DNA of 64,000 bases from a bacterium (GTDB taxonomy: Bacteria > Patescibacteriota > Patescibacteriia > JACQRZ01). Positions 1 through 9,406 of this stretch are shown one piece after another. The stretch lies in the NCBI GenBank assembly GCA_030688365.1, contig JAUYIE010000018.1:33973-97972 (forward strand), written 5' to 3'. The notes beneath the pieces are model-generated. The model was given only the letters and a program-made list of their open reading frames with translations, was not told the DNA's origin and searched no databases. Every line of letters begins with the position of its first letter. Within the stretch, counting starts at the first letter, position 1. The translations under genes and the position numbers were made by a program.

Positions 1-1357
1 TGCCGATAGGAAGCTGCTGTCCATCTTCTTGTGCAAAACCGCAGGGGAGGGAAACAGCCGGGATGCCGGCTATATTTGCCGAAACAGTAAAAATATCCGC
101 CAAATACATGGAAAGTGGGTCATCAGTTTTTTCACCAAATTTAAATGCAGGGGTCGGAGATGTCGGTGCAATCATGCAATCCACATCCTGAAATGCTTGG
201 CTATAATCCTTGCGAATCATGCTACGTACGAGTTGTGCTTGATTGTAATATTGATCTGCATACCCCGATGAAAGTACATACGTACCAAGCATGATGCGAC
301 GACGCACTTCAGCGCCCAGCCCTGTTTCACGAGAAGAAAGATAGGTGTTCCACAGATCTTTGGCAGATGTATCGCGATAGCCATATCGTATCCCATCATA
401 ACGCGATATGTTTGCACATACTTCTGCCGGCATGATGATATAATACACAGCCAATGCATACGGAGCATGTGGTAATGAAACCTCAACGATCGTCGCGCCT
501 GCAGATTTCAAGGTCTGTGATGCTTCGCGTATTGCCTTTTCTACACGAGGATCAAGTCCGTCAATAAAAAACTCTTTAGGAATACCAATGCGTAATCCTT
601 TGACATCATGAGAAAGCTTTGTTGGCTCAATGACAGGACCTGCGTGCGCAGTGGTGGAATCATATGTATCACTACCGCGAATAGCGTCATAAACAATCGT
701 CGCATCTTGTACTGTACGAGCAAATGAGCCAATCTGATCCAAAGAAGATGCCATGGCAATAGCACCGTATCGCGAAACTTGTCCGTAGGTAGGTTTGAGC
801 CCGACAACACCACACAACCCTGCTGGCTGACGAATAGATCCGCCCGTGTCAGTCCCAAGCGCAAATACTGCTTCACCTGATGCGACGGCGACAGCTGATC
901 CACCCGATGAACCACCAGGAACACGTGCTGTATCCCAAGGATTTTTTGACGGTCCATATGCCGAGTTTTCAGTTGATGATCCCATCGCAAATTCATCAAG
1001 ATTTGTTTTTCCAATAATAATCGCACCGTGCTCTGCAAGTTTTTTCATGACTGTCGCGCTATAGGACGCTTTGTAATTTTCCAATATTTTGGATCCTGCC
1101 GTAGTGATGGTTCCTTGTATGAGAATATTATCTTTTATTGCACCTGGGATGCCTTCCATTGGGTGAAGTGGGTGACCTTTGGAAATTTTTTCATCAACAT
1201 TTTTTGCGTGCTCTAGCGCCGTGTCTTGATGTAATGACAAAAACGCGTGCAGTGTATCATCATGCACGTCAATCGTTGCGAAAGATTCTTCCACTATTTC
1301 AGTGCAAGAGAACTCTTTGTCCTTATACCCTTGCTGGATTTCTGAGATGGTTTTCAT
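1..1357 (-). CDS. gatA: Glu-tRNA(Gln)/Asp-tRNA(Asn) amidotransferase subunit A. It is partial: the C-terminal end runs off the window start.
   Basis: Minus-strand ATG at 1355-1357 gives MKTISEIQQ... The amidase signature GGSSGGSAVAVASG is encoded on the minus strand as the shadow of plus ORF 846..1064. The gene lies immediately downstream of gatC. It is absent from the ORF track only because it is truncated at the window edge. Confidence 0.85.
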   Translation of the reverse strand, partial: MKTISEIQQGYKDKEFSCTEIVEESFATIDVHDDTLHAFLSLHQDTALEHAKNVDEKISKGHPLHPMEGIPGAIKDNILIQGTITTAGSKILENYKASYSATVMKKLAEHGAIIIGKTNLDEFAMGSSTENSAYGPSKNPWDTARVPGGSSGGSAVAVASGEAVFALGTDTGGSIRQPAGLCGVVGLKPTYGQVSRYGAIAMASSLDQIGSFARTVQDATIVYDAIRGSDTYDSTTAHAGPVIEPTKLSHDVKGLRIGIPKEFFIDGLDPRVEKAIREASQTLKSAGATIVEVSLPHAPYALAVYYIIMPAEVCANISRYDGIRYGYRDTSAKDLWNTYLSSRETGLGAEVRRRIMLGTYVLSSGYADQYYNQAQLVRSMIRKDYSQAFQDVDCMIAPTSPTPAFKFGEKTDDPLSMYLADIFTVSANIAGIPAVSLPCGFAQEDGQQLPIG

Positions 1358-1362
1358 ACGTA

Positions 1363-1653
1363 TTAAAAAATCTTTTTAACTGACAGCACATCGCCTTTCT
1401 TTTCTGGAAACTGATCAATGATCTCGGCTCGCTCCGTCTCATCAGTTGGCAGTGCTTCATCCGCGCGTGTAACTCCCGAAAGTCCTGGTACGTGATACTC
1501 GTACTCCACGCCTGTCGTATCAACCTTTTTGAGCATATCCACATACGCCAAAATAGAGCTCAATTGCCCTCCAAAACGTTCCTCTTCCTCTGGTTTGAGA
1601 CCAATACGAGAAAGCTGTGCCAATTTGTTTGTTTCTTCACGAGAAAGTGCCAT
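1363..1653 (-). CDS. gatC: Glu-tRNA(Gln) amidotransferase subunit C
   Basis: 96-aa protein MALSREETNKLAQLSRIGL..., typical GatC length and N-terminal motif. TAA stop at 1363-1365. It sits directly upstream of gatA. Confidence 0.85.
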   Translation of the reverse strand: MALSREETNKLAQLSRIGLKPEEEERFGGQLSSILAYVDMLKKVDTTGVEYEYHVPGLSGVTRADEALPTDETERAEIIDQFPEKKGDVLSVKKIF

Positions 1654-1687
1654 ATATATGGGTATATTATTTCAGCATTACCTTACC

Positions 1688-2005
1688 TTATTGACCCAAA
1701 AAAGGAAAGAGTACGGTACGAGATAAAAGAAGAAGATTTACCACAATACTAATACCCGCATATACGAGCATCAACGCAAATGCTTTAGAAAAACGCACTT
1801 CCAAAAGAACGACCAATATCAAACAAAACGACAAAGATGCGACGAGTACGTCATACGCAACGCCAAAGTATGCAAATAATTCTAAAGGGATCACCATTAG
1901 TATCAGACGATACCATTTTAATTTTGTACGCAAGAAACGATCCATCACACTAAGACCGAATGTGTTAATTACGATAGGAATAATATACAACCATGGGATC
2001 GTCAT
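1688..2005 (-). CDS. small hypothetical membrane protein (3 predicted TM helices)
   Basis: 105-aa hydrophobic ORF in a compact operon position between gatC and ligA. Confidence 0.4.
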   Translation of the reverse strand: MTIPWLYIIPIVINTFGLSVMDRFLRTKLKWYRLILMVIPLELFAYFGVAYDVLVASLSFCLILVVLLEVRFSKAFALMLVYAGISIVVNLLLLSRTVLFPFLGQ

Positions 2006-2009
2006 ATAG

Positions 2010-4088
2010 TTATGGTAATATTAATTTCAAAAATTCTTCTTCAGTAAGAATACGCACGCCAAGTTTTTTTGCTGTATCAAACTTTGATCCAGGGTTATCC
2101 CCTGCCACGACATAGTCTGTATTCACACTTACTGTCGACGCCACATCTCCCCCTTGCTCGCGAACAGCTCTTTTTGCATCATCTCGCGTGAGCGTATCCA
2201 ATGAGCCCGTCAATACAAATGTCGTCCCTTTCAAATCCTGTTTTTTTGCGTGGTGCGCTTTTTTTATAATCACACCGTTTTTTAACAATGATGCAACCTG
2301 ATCCTTTTTTTTGTTATCATGGAAAAAATCATAGACACTTGCCGCAACAATATCACCCACATCAGGTACTGCTTCCAGTTGTTCTTGCGTTGCGTTTCCC
2401 AACCTCTCCACTGTTCCAAAATTTTGCGCCAAGTCATATGCTGTTTCTTCTCCAACATGAACGATACCCAGTGCATACAAGAAACGAAAAAAATCTATTT
2501 CACGCGAAGTGTGTATCGCGTCAATAAGATTTTGTGCTGATTTATCGGCAAAACGCTCTAAGGGCTCTATATCACCTTTAGTAAGGGTAAATAAGTCCGC
2601 TGGTGTACTGATAAGACCAGTGTTAATCAACTGCTCAATAATCTTTTCTCCCAGTCCATCAATATCAAACCCTTTCTTTGATACAAAATGTTTCATACCT
2701 GCCAACTCTTGTGCGAAACACTTTTTGTTGGAGCACGATATAGCGACTTTATCCTTTTGATGTACGATCGTCGACGAGCACACAGGACATTTTTTAGGAA
2801 TGGAAATTGGTTTTTCATCCCCCGTGCGTAATGTTTTGACGACGTTGACAACTTTGGGAATAATATCACCAGCTTTTTCAATAATAACAGTATCGCCAAT
2901 TTTTACCCCCAAACGATGAATCTCGTCAATATTGTGGAGTGTTGCGTGTGTCACTGTAGTACCCGCAACCAAGACAGGACGCAGATGCGCAACAGGTGTT
3001 AATGTGGCAGTTCGCCCTACTTGAAATATAACATCTTGCACAACTGTTGTCGCTTGTTGCGCCGGAAACTTATAGGCCACACTTCCACGCGGAGTTTTTC
3101 CTACCACCCCCAGCCGTCCATATAATGCATTGTCATTCACGGTCACCACAATCCCATCTGTCCAATAATCAAACTTTTCTCTTTTTTTTATGACGTGAGC
3201 ATGGAATGATTCTACATCAAGAAGTGTAACACATTGCGCATACATAGGGTTTATTTTTACTCCCAACAATCTCAAAAAATCATGCACTTGCGCATGCGTA
3301 TGCAATCCAAAGCGATCTTCATTCATGAGCGAATAGCCAAAAAAATCCAAATGACGACTGGCAACAATACGGGGATCCAACTGACGAATCGTTCCCGCTG
3401 CGACATTACGGGGATTTGCAAACGGTGGCAAATTCTTTTTTTCTTGTTCTTTATTGATGCGCGCAAATGTCTTTTTACCCATAAACACCTCACCTCGTAT
3501 TTCTATTGTACCTGTAAGTGAGGTCAATTTTTTAAGAAACGTTTGTTGATCAATATGACCATGATGAGTTTTTAAAAAAACATCTATTTCTTTTTTGTCC
3601 GGACGACGAAGCTGTAGAGGGATAGAATCAATTGTCTTCAGATTTTGTGTTACGTCTTCCCCTGTTTTCCCATCACCACGAGTGGATCCTCGCACCAACA
3701 TCCCATCGTCATATTCCAATGACACTGCCAACCCATCCATCTTTATTTCTACAAAAAAATCCAATGTATGGCGAGGTACCAGCTTTGCCACTCGTGTTTG
3801 CCAATCTTCCATTTCCTCAAAAGAAAAAACGTCTTCAATAGAAAGCATTGGAGTGACATGTGCGACTTTTGCAAATTTTGTAAGTGTCATACCACCAACG
3901 CGTTGTGTGGGAGAGCTGGAGATAATCAACGATGGAAATTGTTGTTCAATAGTGTATAGTTCGTGTTTAAGTGAATCCAATGCCGCATCAGAAATCTCTT
4001 GTTTATCAAGCACATGATAGAGATACCGATGATGTTCAATCGTTTCACGTAATTTTTTTATGCGTACTTCCGCCTCTTTTTTGGTCAT
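2010..4088 (-). CDS. ligA: NAD-dependent DNA ligase
   Basis: 692 aa. Adenylation motif KMDGLA, a Cys4 zinc finger (CPVCSS...CSNKKC), HhH region and C-terminal BRCT-like region (TFVLTGSL). Confidence 0.9.
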   Translation of the reverse strand: MTKKEAEVRIKKLRETIEHHRYLYHVLDKQEISDAALDSLKHELYTIEQQFPSLIISSSPTQRVGGMTLTKFAKVAHVTPMLSIEDVFSFEEMEDWQTRVAKLVPRHTLDFFVEIKMDGLAVSLEYDDGMLVRGSTRGDGKTGEDVTQNLKTIDSIPLQLRRPDKKEIDVFLKTHHGHIDQQTFLKKLTSLTGTIEIRGEVFMGKKTFARINKEQEKKNLPPFANPRNVAAGTIRQLDPRIVASRHLDFFGYSLMNEDRFGLHTHAQVHDFLRLLGVKINPMYAQCVTLLDVESFHAHVIKKREKFDYWTDGIVVTVNDNALYGRLGVVGKTPRGSVAYKFPAQQATTVVQDVIFQVGRTATLTPVAHLRPVLVAGTTVTHATLHNIDEIHRLGVKIGDTVIIEKAGDIIPKVVNVVKTLRTGDEKPISIPKKCPVCSSTIVHQKDKVAISCSNKKCFAQELAGMKHFVSKKGFDIDGLGEKIIEQLINTGLISTPADLFTLTKGDIEPLERFADKSAQNLIDAIHTSREIDFFRFLYALGIVHVGEETAYDLAQNFGTVERLGNATQEQLEAVPDVGDIVAASVYDFFHDNKKKDQVASLLKNGVIIKKAHHAKKQDLKGTTFVLTGSLDTLTRDDAKRAVREQGGDVASTVSVNTDYVVAGDNPGSKFDTAKKLGVRILTEEEFLKLILP

Positions 4089-4100
4089 ACCTATACGTAA

Positions 4101-4982
4101 TTATTTCTGAACAACTGCCTCGCTAAAGAGAACGTAGTTAAAAAGCGATGATATACCTGATTGCGCCGGGAGTGTGATATGCAATTGCTGACGAACTCCC
4201 TGATAGTCTGCCTGTGGGGCGATTGTATACATATTACTCATCGCAACAGCAGAACCAGTACCGCTATCACCGTCGTAAAATTCTATATTCACTCCATAAA
4301 GATCACAGTACAACGAAGTAATCTGCAACACCATTGGTTTGTCCTGACCCAACAAAGAATCAGCTAAATCTGGATTAACAGTGACATCGTTAAATATCAC
4401 TTGCGCAGGCGCGCCTTCAGAAGGCGTTTTTACATATTCTTTTATATTACTAATTTTTGCAAAACTATCGTCCCATTGGACACTGCTGTCTCCTGTCCAT
4501 GTGGCAGCTCTCGCCTGTATCCAGGGTGCAACTGTATCCTCGGGATCACACGTACCTTGATTTTCCCATGACACTTTCATTGATTGAATATCGGTAACTG
4601 ATGTGTATCCGTTATCAAAATAAAGAGGAACAACGATTGATTGGTATTTTCCCAAACGAGTAAGACGCAAAATATCAGAACTAGTTTTAAATGTTTCACT
4701 GGTATCTAACACCCACGTAGCATCTTTGCCATTTATTGCAATAGTATCAGTTGTAGGATTTGGAGTGGTCGCACCCAATTGTCTGATCTGATACATTGTG
4801 CGTTCGGCCGCTGTCTCTGCGGTATAATACGCGACAATCGAACTGTCCACATTTCTCGCCTGTCTTAAGGAATTGACCGCGTAAATAGCAAATTCAACCG
4901 AAGCAACTAAAATGCCAGCAGTGAGAATGATTGCCATTACTACGACTGATCCTGATTGATTTTTTTTGAGAGTATACAACAT
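4101..4982 (-). CDS. pilus-associated / atypical pilin-like protein with N-terminal TM helix
   Basis: 293 aa. N-terminus KKNQSGSVVVMAIILTAGILVA resembles a prepilin leader plus hydrophobic helix but lacks Glu+5. It is third in a row of pilin-like genes. Confidence 0.5.
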   Translation of the reverse strand: MLYTLKKNQSGSVVVMAIILTAGILVASVEFAIYAVNSLRQARNVDSSIVAYYTAETAAERTMYQIRQLGATTPNPTTDTIAINGKDATWVLDTSETFKTSSDILRLTRLGKYQSIVVPLYFDNGYTSVTDIQSMKVSWENQGTCDPEDTVAPWIQARAATWTGDSSVQWDDSFAKISNIKEYVKTPSEGAPAQVIFNDVTVNPDLADSLLGQDKPMVLQITSLYCDLYGVNIEFYDGDSGTGSAVAMSNMYTIAPQADYQGVRQQLHITLPAQSGISSLFNYVLFSEAVVQK

Positions 4983-4983
4983 A

Positions 4984-5628
4984 TTATCGACGATATTCGC
5001 GCGTAGTGATTAACGTTTGTAAAAACATAGGGATCTTCACATCAGTTTGACGCACTCGTCCGGTACCTTTGACAACAATGCGTACTCGAGGCTGTTGATG
5101 TGCATTATACATACCAGTATCAGTATCAATTTCAAATGGGTCAACGGTTGGCAAGATATAAAACTTTAAATATTCTACCGATACGCCATCCCCGGTCAGT
5201 GAATGCCATGTACTGTCATCATCTGAAATAAGTAAACAATTTTTTGTTTCCGGATTTGTTTCCGTGTCTACACAATCGCCTGCTGTACCGTCTCCTTTTT
5301 TAAACCACAAAGATGTTCCATCAAAAGAACGCACGGCAAGTATATTGGCAGCGCCACTATCAGGATCAATATCAGCTGGATGTGCTTGATAATAGGCATA
5401 GTCAATTCCACCGTCACGCACGTCATCGGTAATACGATTAATGCTAAAACGCAAATTGTCTTGAAGATTTTCCATAGATGCGGCAGTGCGTTGTGCACGT
5501 TGCGCAAGAGAAAATAAATCCAACAGAGCAACGACAACAACGACAAATATAAACGTCGCAACCATCATCTCAATCAAAGTAAAACCTGATCTGCTGTTTT
5601 GAATATTTTGTTTGTGTGTGTGAAACAT
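4984..5628 (-). CDS. type IV pilin / pseudopilin (prepilin-type N-terminal cleavage/methylation domain)
   Basis: Canonical class III signal ...NSRSG|FTLIEMMVATFIFVVVVVALL (G-FTLIE followed by a hydrophobic helix). 214 aa. Confidence 0.7.
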   Translation of the reverse strand: MFHTHKQNIQNSRSGFTLIEMMVATFIFVVVVVALLDLFSLAQRAQRTAASMENLQDNLRFSINRITDDVRDGGIDYAYYQAHPADIDPDSGAANILAVRSFDGTSLWFKKGDGTAGDCVDTETNPETKNCLLISDDDSTWHSLTGDGVSVEYLKFYILPTVDPFEIDTDTGMYNAHQQPRVRIVVKGTGRVRQTDVKIPMFLQTLITTREYRR

Positions 5629-5636
5629 ATTGTGTG

Positions 5637-6248
5637 CTATCGCCAGTTATAAAGACGATCAACCAATGTTGTATTTTTTTCTTGACCAAAATGAAGCCAT
5701 GAAACTGTGGCGGTAATATCCATCCCAATACGTGTTTCATCAGATATAGAGCATCCGCCCTCTTCAATGGATTCAGTTTCTTGAACAGTATTAAAACAAA
5801 TCGGTTTTGTTGTAACAGAACGAGAAAATCGTGTCTCGTCTCCGGAAATACCAAAAACATTGGTGTCAGGATCACGAGACAGGAGGAGAGGAGGACATAG
5901 TTCACCAGTCGGTGCAGAAAACGTCAGACCACCTATGCCGTCCAGTTCGCCACACCCCATGGTATTACCAATCCCTAATCCATCGTCCCATAAGACTTCT
6001 GCCGGTTCAGTTTGTCCTTCTTCTATCGGCATTTGCAATGAACTGATAAAATTGGTATCGCGTCTAGCTCGAATCTCTTCAATCGCTTCCCGTGCAAGTT
6101 GTGTTGCAACAAGACGATCTGATCCAAAGCGTTCAGTGTTAACATTACTTTGTGCCAACGCCAATACCCCCAACATACCGGTCAACATGACAATGATGGC
6201 AATAAGCACTTCTATGATAGTCTGGCCTTGTTGATTGGGGATACGCAT
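5637..6248 (-). CDS. type IV pilin-like protein
   Basis: N-terminus MRIPNQQG|QTIIEVLIAIIVMLTGMLGVLAL with Glu at +5 and a hydrophobic helix. The start was moved to the internal Met to avoid overlap with scpA; the track ORF extends to 6275. Confidence 0.55.
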   Translation of the reverse strand: MRIPNQQGQTIIEVLIAIIVMLTGMLGVLALAQSNVNTERFGSDRLVATQLAREAIEEIRARRDTNFISSLQMPIEEGQTEPAEVLWDDGLGIGNTMGCGELDGIGGLTFSAPTGELCPPLLLSRDPDTNVFGISGDETRFSRSVTTKPICFNTVQETESIEEGGCSISDETRIGMDITATVSWLHFGQEKNTTLVDRLYNWR

Positions 6249-6258
6249 GTGATAAAAC

Positions 6259-6960
6259 TTATGATATGGAAACAATACTTATATCATGTGAAATGGATGT
6301 TTGCGATATGACCGCCACTTGTTGTTTCACCAATTCTAAGATTGCAAGAAATTGGACGATCACTTCGGTCTTTGACTGTGCATTTCTTATTAAATCTTGA
6401 AACTGAAATGAGGCATGTTGATCCAAACGGGATTTCAAACGTGAAATCGTCTCTTGCAAGTTTATCTGTGGATCAATGACGATACGTCGTACCGGCGGTC
6501 GGACTTCCATACGGTCTATTACCTGACCACACACATCCGCAATAGTGTGTGCTGTAACACTTGGCGGAGGAAAAAATCCTGAAACGCGTGCATGTCTCAC
6601 CACTGGTTTAAAAAACGATACATTTCCGTGTGACAAGATTTCTTTCAACATCTTAGCTGCATCTGCAAACTCTTTGTAAATCTTCAATTGGCGTGCAAGT
6701 AAATCAATATCCTCCTCTTCTTCGGGTGTTAATAAAGGTAAGAGTGCTCTGGATTTTATCAAAATCAGCCGACTCGCGACGACTAAAAAATCCGCAAGCT
6801 CGTCTACATGTATCTCGCTCGCAAGATTTTTGATAGACACCAAATACTGCTCCGTCACTTGTGCTAAAGAAATCTCGGTAATATCAAGATCCTTTTCAGT
6901 GATGAGCTGTAACAACAAATCCAACGGACCCTCAAATTGTTCCACTTTGACTGAAAGCAT
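6259..6960 (-). CDS. scpA: segregation and condensation protein A (kleisin)
   Basis: N-terminal motif FEGPLDLLLQLI...ITEISLAQVTEQYL is characteristic of ScpA. 233 aa. Confidence 0.75.
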   Translation of the reverse strand: MLSVKVEQFEGPLDLLLQLITEKDLDITEISLAQVTEQYLVSIKNLASEIHVDELADFLVVASRLILIKSRALLPLLTPEEEEDIDLLARQLKIYKEFADAAKMLKEILSHGNVSFFKPVVRHARVSGFFPPPSVTAHTIADVCGQVIDRMEVRPPVRRIVIDPQINLQETISRLKSRLDQHASFQFQDLIRNAQSKTEVIVQFLAILELVKQQVAVISQTSISHDISIVSIS

Positions 6961-7055
6961 ATAAAAAACCCCTTAGGGATGTTTCCTCTCATCACATGTA
7001 TTGTACCATTTCAAAAGATTTTTGGAAAAGCCATATAACAACAGGCAACTCTATG

Positions 7056-7085
7056 TTGTCAAGACATCCTTATGGAGAGTATAAT
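7056..7085 (+). promoter_or_regulatory. sigma70-like promoter: TTGTCA, 18-nt spacer, TATAAT
   Basis: -35 at 7056-7061 and -10 at 7080-7085, about 45 nt upstream of ORF 7131 and its SD AAAGGAGG (7119-7126). Confidence 0.4.
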
Positions 7086-7130
7086 AAAGTATAGTTATCT
7101 ACATGGAAGTACTTTTACAAAGGAGGACTT

Positions 7131-7541
7131 ATGGACGCCCATTTTTTATACGATGTGTTAAACCTCATTCGTGGGTATATAACCACACTTTATAAACAGA
7201 AAACTTCATCCAGATTTATTGGTGAGTCCCAACGATGGAGTATATGGACAAATAACGACCTCGATATGTGCTATATACACAATTGGATTTTTTCTAGCAC
7301 TATACAGGAATCAATCATATTCAGACTTAAAGAAAAAAATATTACTCTCACTTTTTATAGAGCAGGTTCCCTTGAAATACAAATAGAGAAACACAATGAA
7401 GAAATCATATATTTATCGTTTGATGAACTTCAAGAAAATTCAAAAAAAATCTGTAGATCACTCATCTCGTTTGCGAGGTCTGCATCACAACGCTCCTTCA
7501 AAAAAGCACGCGTAGTAGATGCACAAACTGCGCCATATTGA
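7131..7541 (+). CDS. hypothetical protein (136 aa); the only plus-strand gene in the first 31 kb
   Basis: Strong SD AAAGGAGG 4 nt upstream of the ATG, plus a promoter-like -35/-10. No recognisable domain. Confidence 0.5.
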   Translation: MDAHFLYDVLNLIRGYITTLYKQKTSSRFIGESQRWSIWTNNDLDMCYIHNWIFSSTIQESIIFRLKEKNITLTFYRAGSLEIQIEKHNEEIIYLSFDELQENSKKICRSLISFARSASQRSFKKARVVDAQTAPY

Positions 7542-7587
7542 TTGCAATAAACTATTGCAAAAAATTTAAATGGCGTCTTTTTTTGTC

Positions 7588-9351
7588 CTAAACCTTTTTT
7601 ACAATATTGATCCCCAGCTCCTTGAGCTGTTTCTCATCCACGGTAGATGGTGACCCAAGCATGAGGTCTTGCGCGTTACCGTTTTTTGGAAAAGCATAAA
7701 TATCACGAATGTTTGGCAGATCAAAGAGTACCATCAATATACGATCAAGCCCGGGGGCGATACCGCCATGAGGAGGCGCGCCGTATTCAAACGCTTTGAT
7801 CATGTGCCCAAACTTTTTATCGACATCCTCCTTGGAATACCCAACCAACTCAAAGGCCTTGTACATTATTTCAGGTTTATGATTTCGTATGGCACCAGAA
7901 CTTATTTCATAGCCATTACAAACTAAATCATATTGATTTGCAGTGATCTCAAGTGGGTCCCTTGTCTCAAGAGCTTCCATCCCCCCATCAGGCATTGAAA
8001 ATGGATTATGTGAAAAGTCCACCTTACCTTCATCGGTGATCTCATACATAGGAAAATCAGTCACCCATAGCCACGATGCCTTTTTTGGATCTTTGAGTCC
8101 TAGACGCTCTCCACATTCGCCACGAACAGCACCTAGAGACTTACTGGCGGTCAAAAGAGTATCAGCGCCAAAAAATACAATATCACCTTTTTGCGCATTG
8201 ACGGTCTTTGTCACCGCCTCAATTTCTGCGGGTGTCATGAATTTCAAAATTGGCGAGCGAGGTTTATCCTCATAAATGATATATGCAAGTCCTTTCGCGC
8301 CTTTTTCACGCGCGACTTCAGTCAGACTATCAATCTCACTACGAGAAAATTTTGCCCCATCGTCTATCTTGAGTGCATTTACTATTCCATTTTTGAGTGC
8401 AAGCGCATCTTTGAAAACTTTAAACTCTGATTGCGCGACTATCTCGCTAATATCCACAATCTCAAATTCAAATCGTAAATCTGGCTTATCACTACCATAT
8501 TTTTTCATCGCATCCCAATATGAAATCCGAGGAAACGGCGCTTCTACGATTTCTTTGTCAGAAAATGTCTTTGTCAAATCAATCATCAACGGTTCTACCA
8601 TATTCCACACATCTTCTTGTGTCACAAACGACATCTCCAAATCAATTTGATAAAAATCCCCCGGATGACGATCAGCGCGAGCATCCTCATCACGAAAACA
8701 TGGCGCGATTTGGAAATACCGATCAAGACCGGCAACCATCAAAAGTTGTTTAAATTGTTGTGGCGCTTGTGGCAATGCGTAAAACTTCCCCGGATGCGCT
8801 CGTGAGGGCACCAAAAAATCACGCGCACCTTCCGGTGAAGAGTTGGCTAGTATCGGCGTCTGGACTTCTATAAAATCATTTTTATGAAAATATTCGCGGA
8901 CATGAGTGATGAGACGATCACGATCTGCCATGATTTTTTGTAAGCGTGCATCACGAAGATCAAGATAGCGATAGGTCAGACGTAGTTCTTCATTCACGCT
9001 GGTATTCCCTATTTCAAATGGTGGTGTCTGTGCTCGGCTCAATATCTCAAGATCGGTCGTCATGAGCTCCACTTCACCCGTCGTCATGTGTTTATTGACC
9101 ATGTCTTCCGGTCGTGCGACGACAGTGCCGGTCACTTGTATTACAAACTCCGCGCGAAGCTCTTCCGCCAGTTTCCATGCTTCAGGATTTTTTTCAGGAT
9201 TGAATGTAATCTGGGTAATACCATATCGATCACGAAGATCAATGAATATAAGACCGCCATGATCGCGACGGGCATGCACCCATCCGGCAAGCATTATTTC
9301 GCTCCCAACGTCTTTTTTTGTTATTTGGCCACATGTGTGAGTCCTATACAT
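7588..9351 (-). CDS. aspS: aspartyl-tRNA synthetase
   Basis: 587 aa. N-terminal OB fold MYRTHTCGQI...GWVHARRDHGGLIFIDLRD and class II synthetase motifs (FRDEDLRADRQ-like, GGIAPGLDR at the C-terminus). Confidence 0.9.
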   Translation of the reverse strand: MYRTHTCGQITKKDVGSEIMLAGWVHARRDHGGLIFIDLRDRYGITQITFNPEKNPEAWKLAEELRAEFVIQVTGTVVARPEDMVNKHMTTGEVELMTTDLEILSRAQTPPFEIGNTSVNEELRLTYRYLDLRDARLQKIMADRDRLITHVREYFHKNDFIEVQTPILANSSPEGARDFLVPSRAHPGKFYALPQAPQQFKQLLMVAGLDRYFQIAPCFRDEDARADRHPGDFYQIDLEMSFVTQEDVWNMVEPLMIDLTKTFSDKEIVEAPFPRISYWDAMKKYGSDKPDLRFEFEIVDISEIVAQSEFKVFKDALALKNGIVNALKIDDGAKFSRSEIDSLTEVAREKGAKGLAYIIYEDKPRSPILKFMTPAEIEAVTKTVNAQKGDIVFFGADTLLTASKSLGAVRGECGERLGLKDPKKASWLWVTDFPMYEITDEGKVDFSHNPFSMPDGGMEALETRDPLEITANQYDLVCNGYEISSGAIRNHKPEIMYKAFELVGYSKEDVDKKFGHMIKAFEYGAPPHGGIAPGLDRILMVLFDLPNIRDIYAFPKNGNAQDLMLGSPSTVDEKQLKELGINIVKKV

Positions 9352-9406
9352 ACCTAAAAGGGTTATCGTTTATATGTCCGTAGTATAGGGAATTTATTGA
9401 TTTTTA

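Noticed and set aside
846-1064. Plus-strand 72-aa ORF (MSVPSANTASPDATATADPP...).
   Set aside because: It is the reverse-complement shadow of the gatA amidase signature region (GGSSGGSAVAVASG). gatA on the minus strand is the real gene, missing from the ORF track only because it runs off the window edge.
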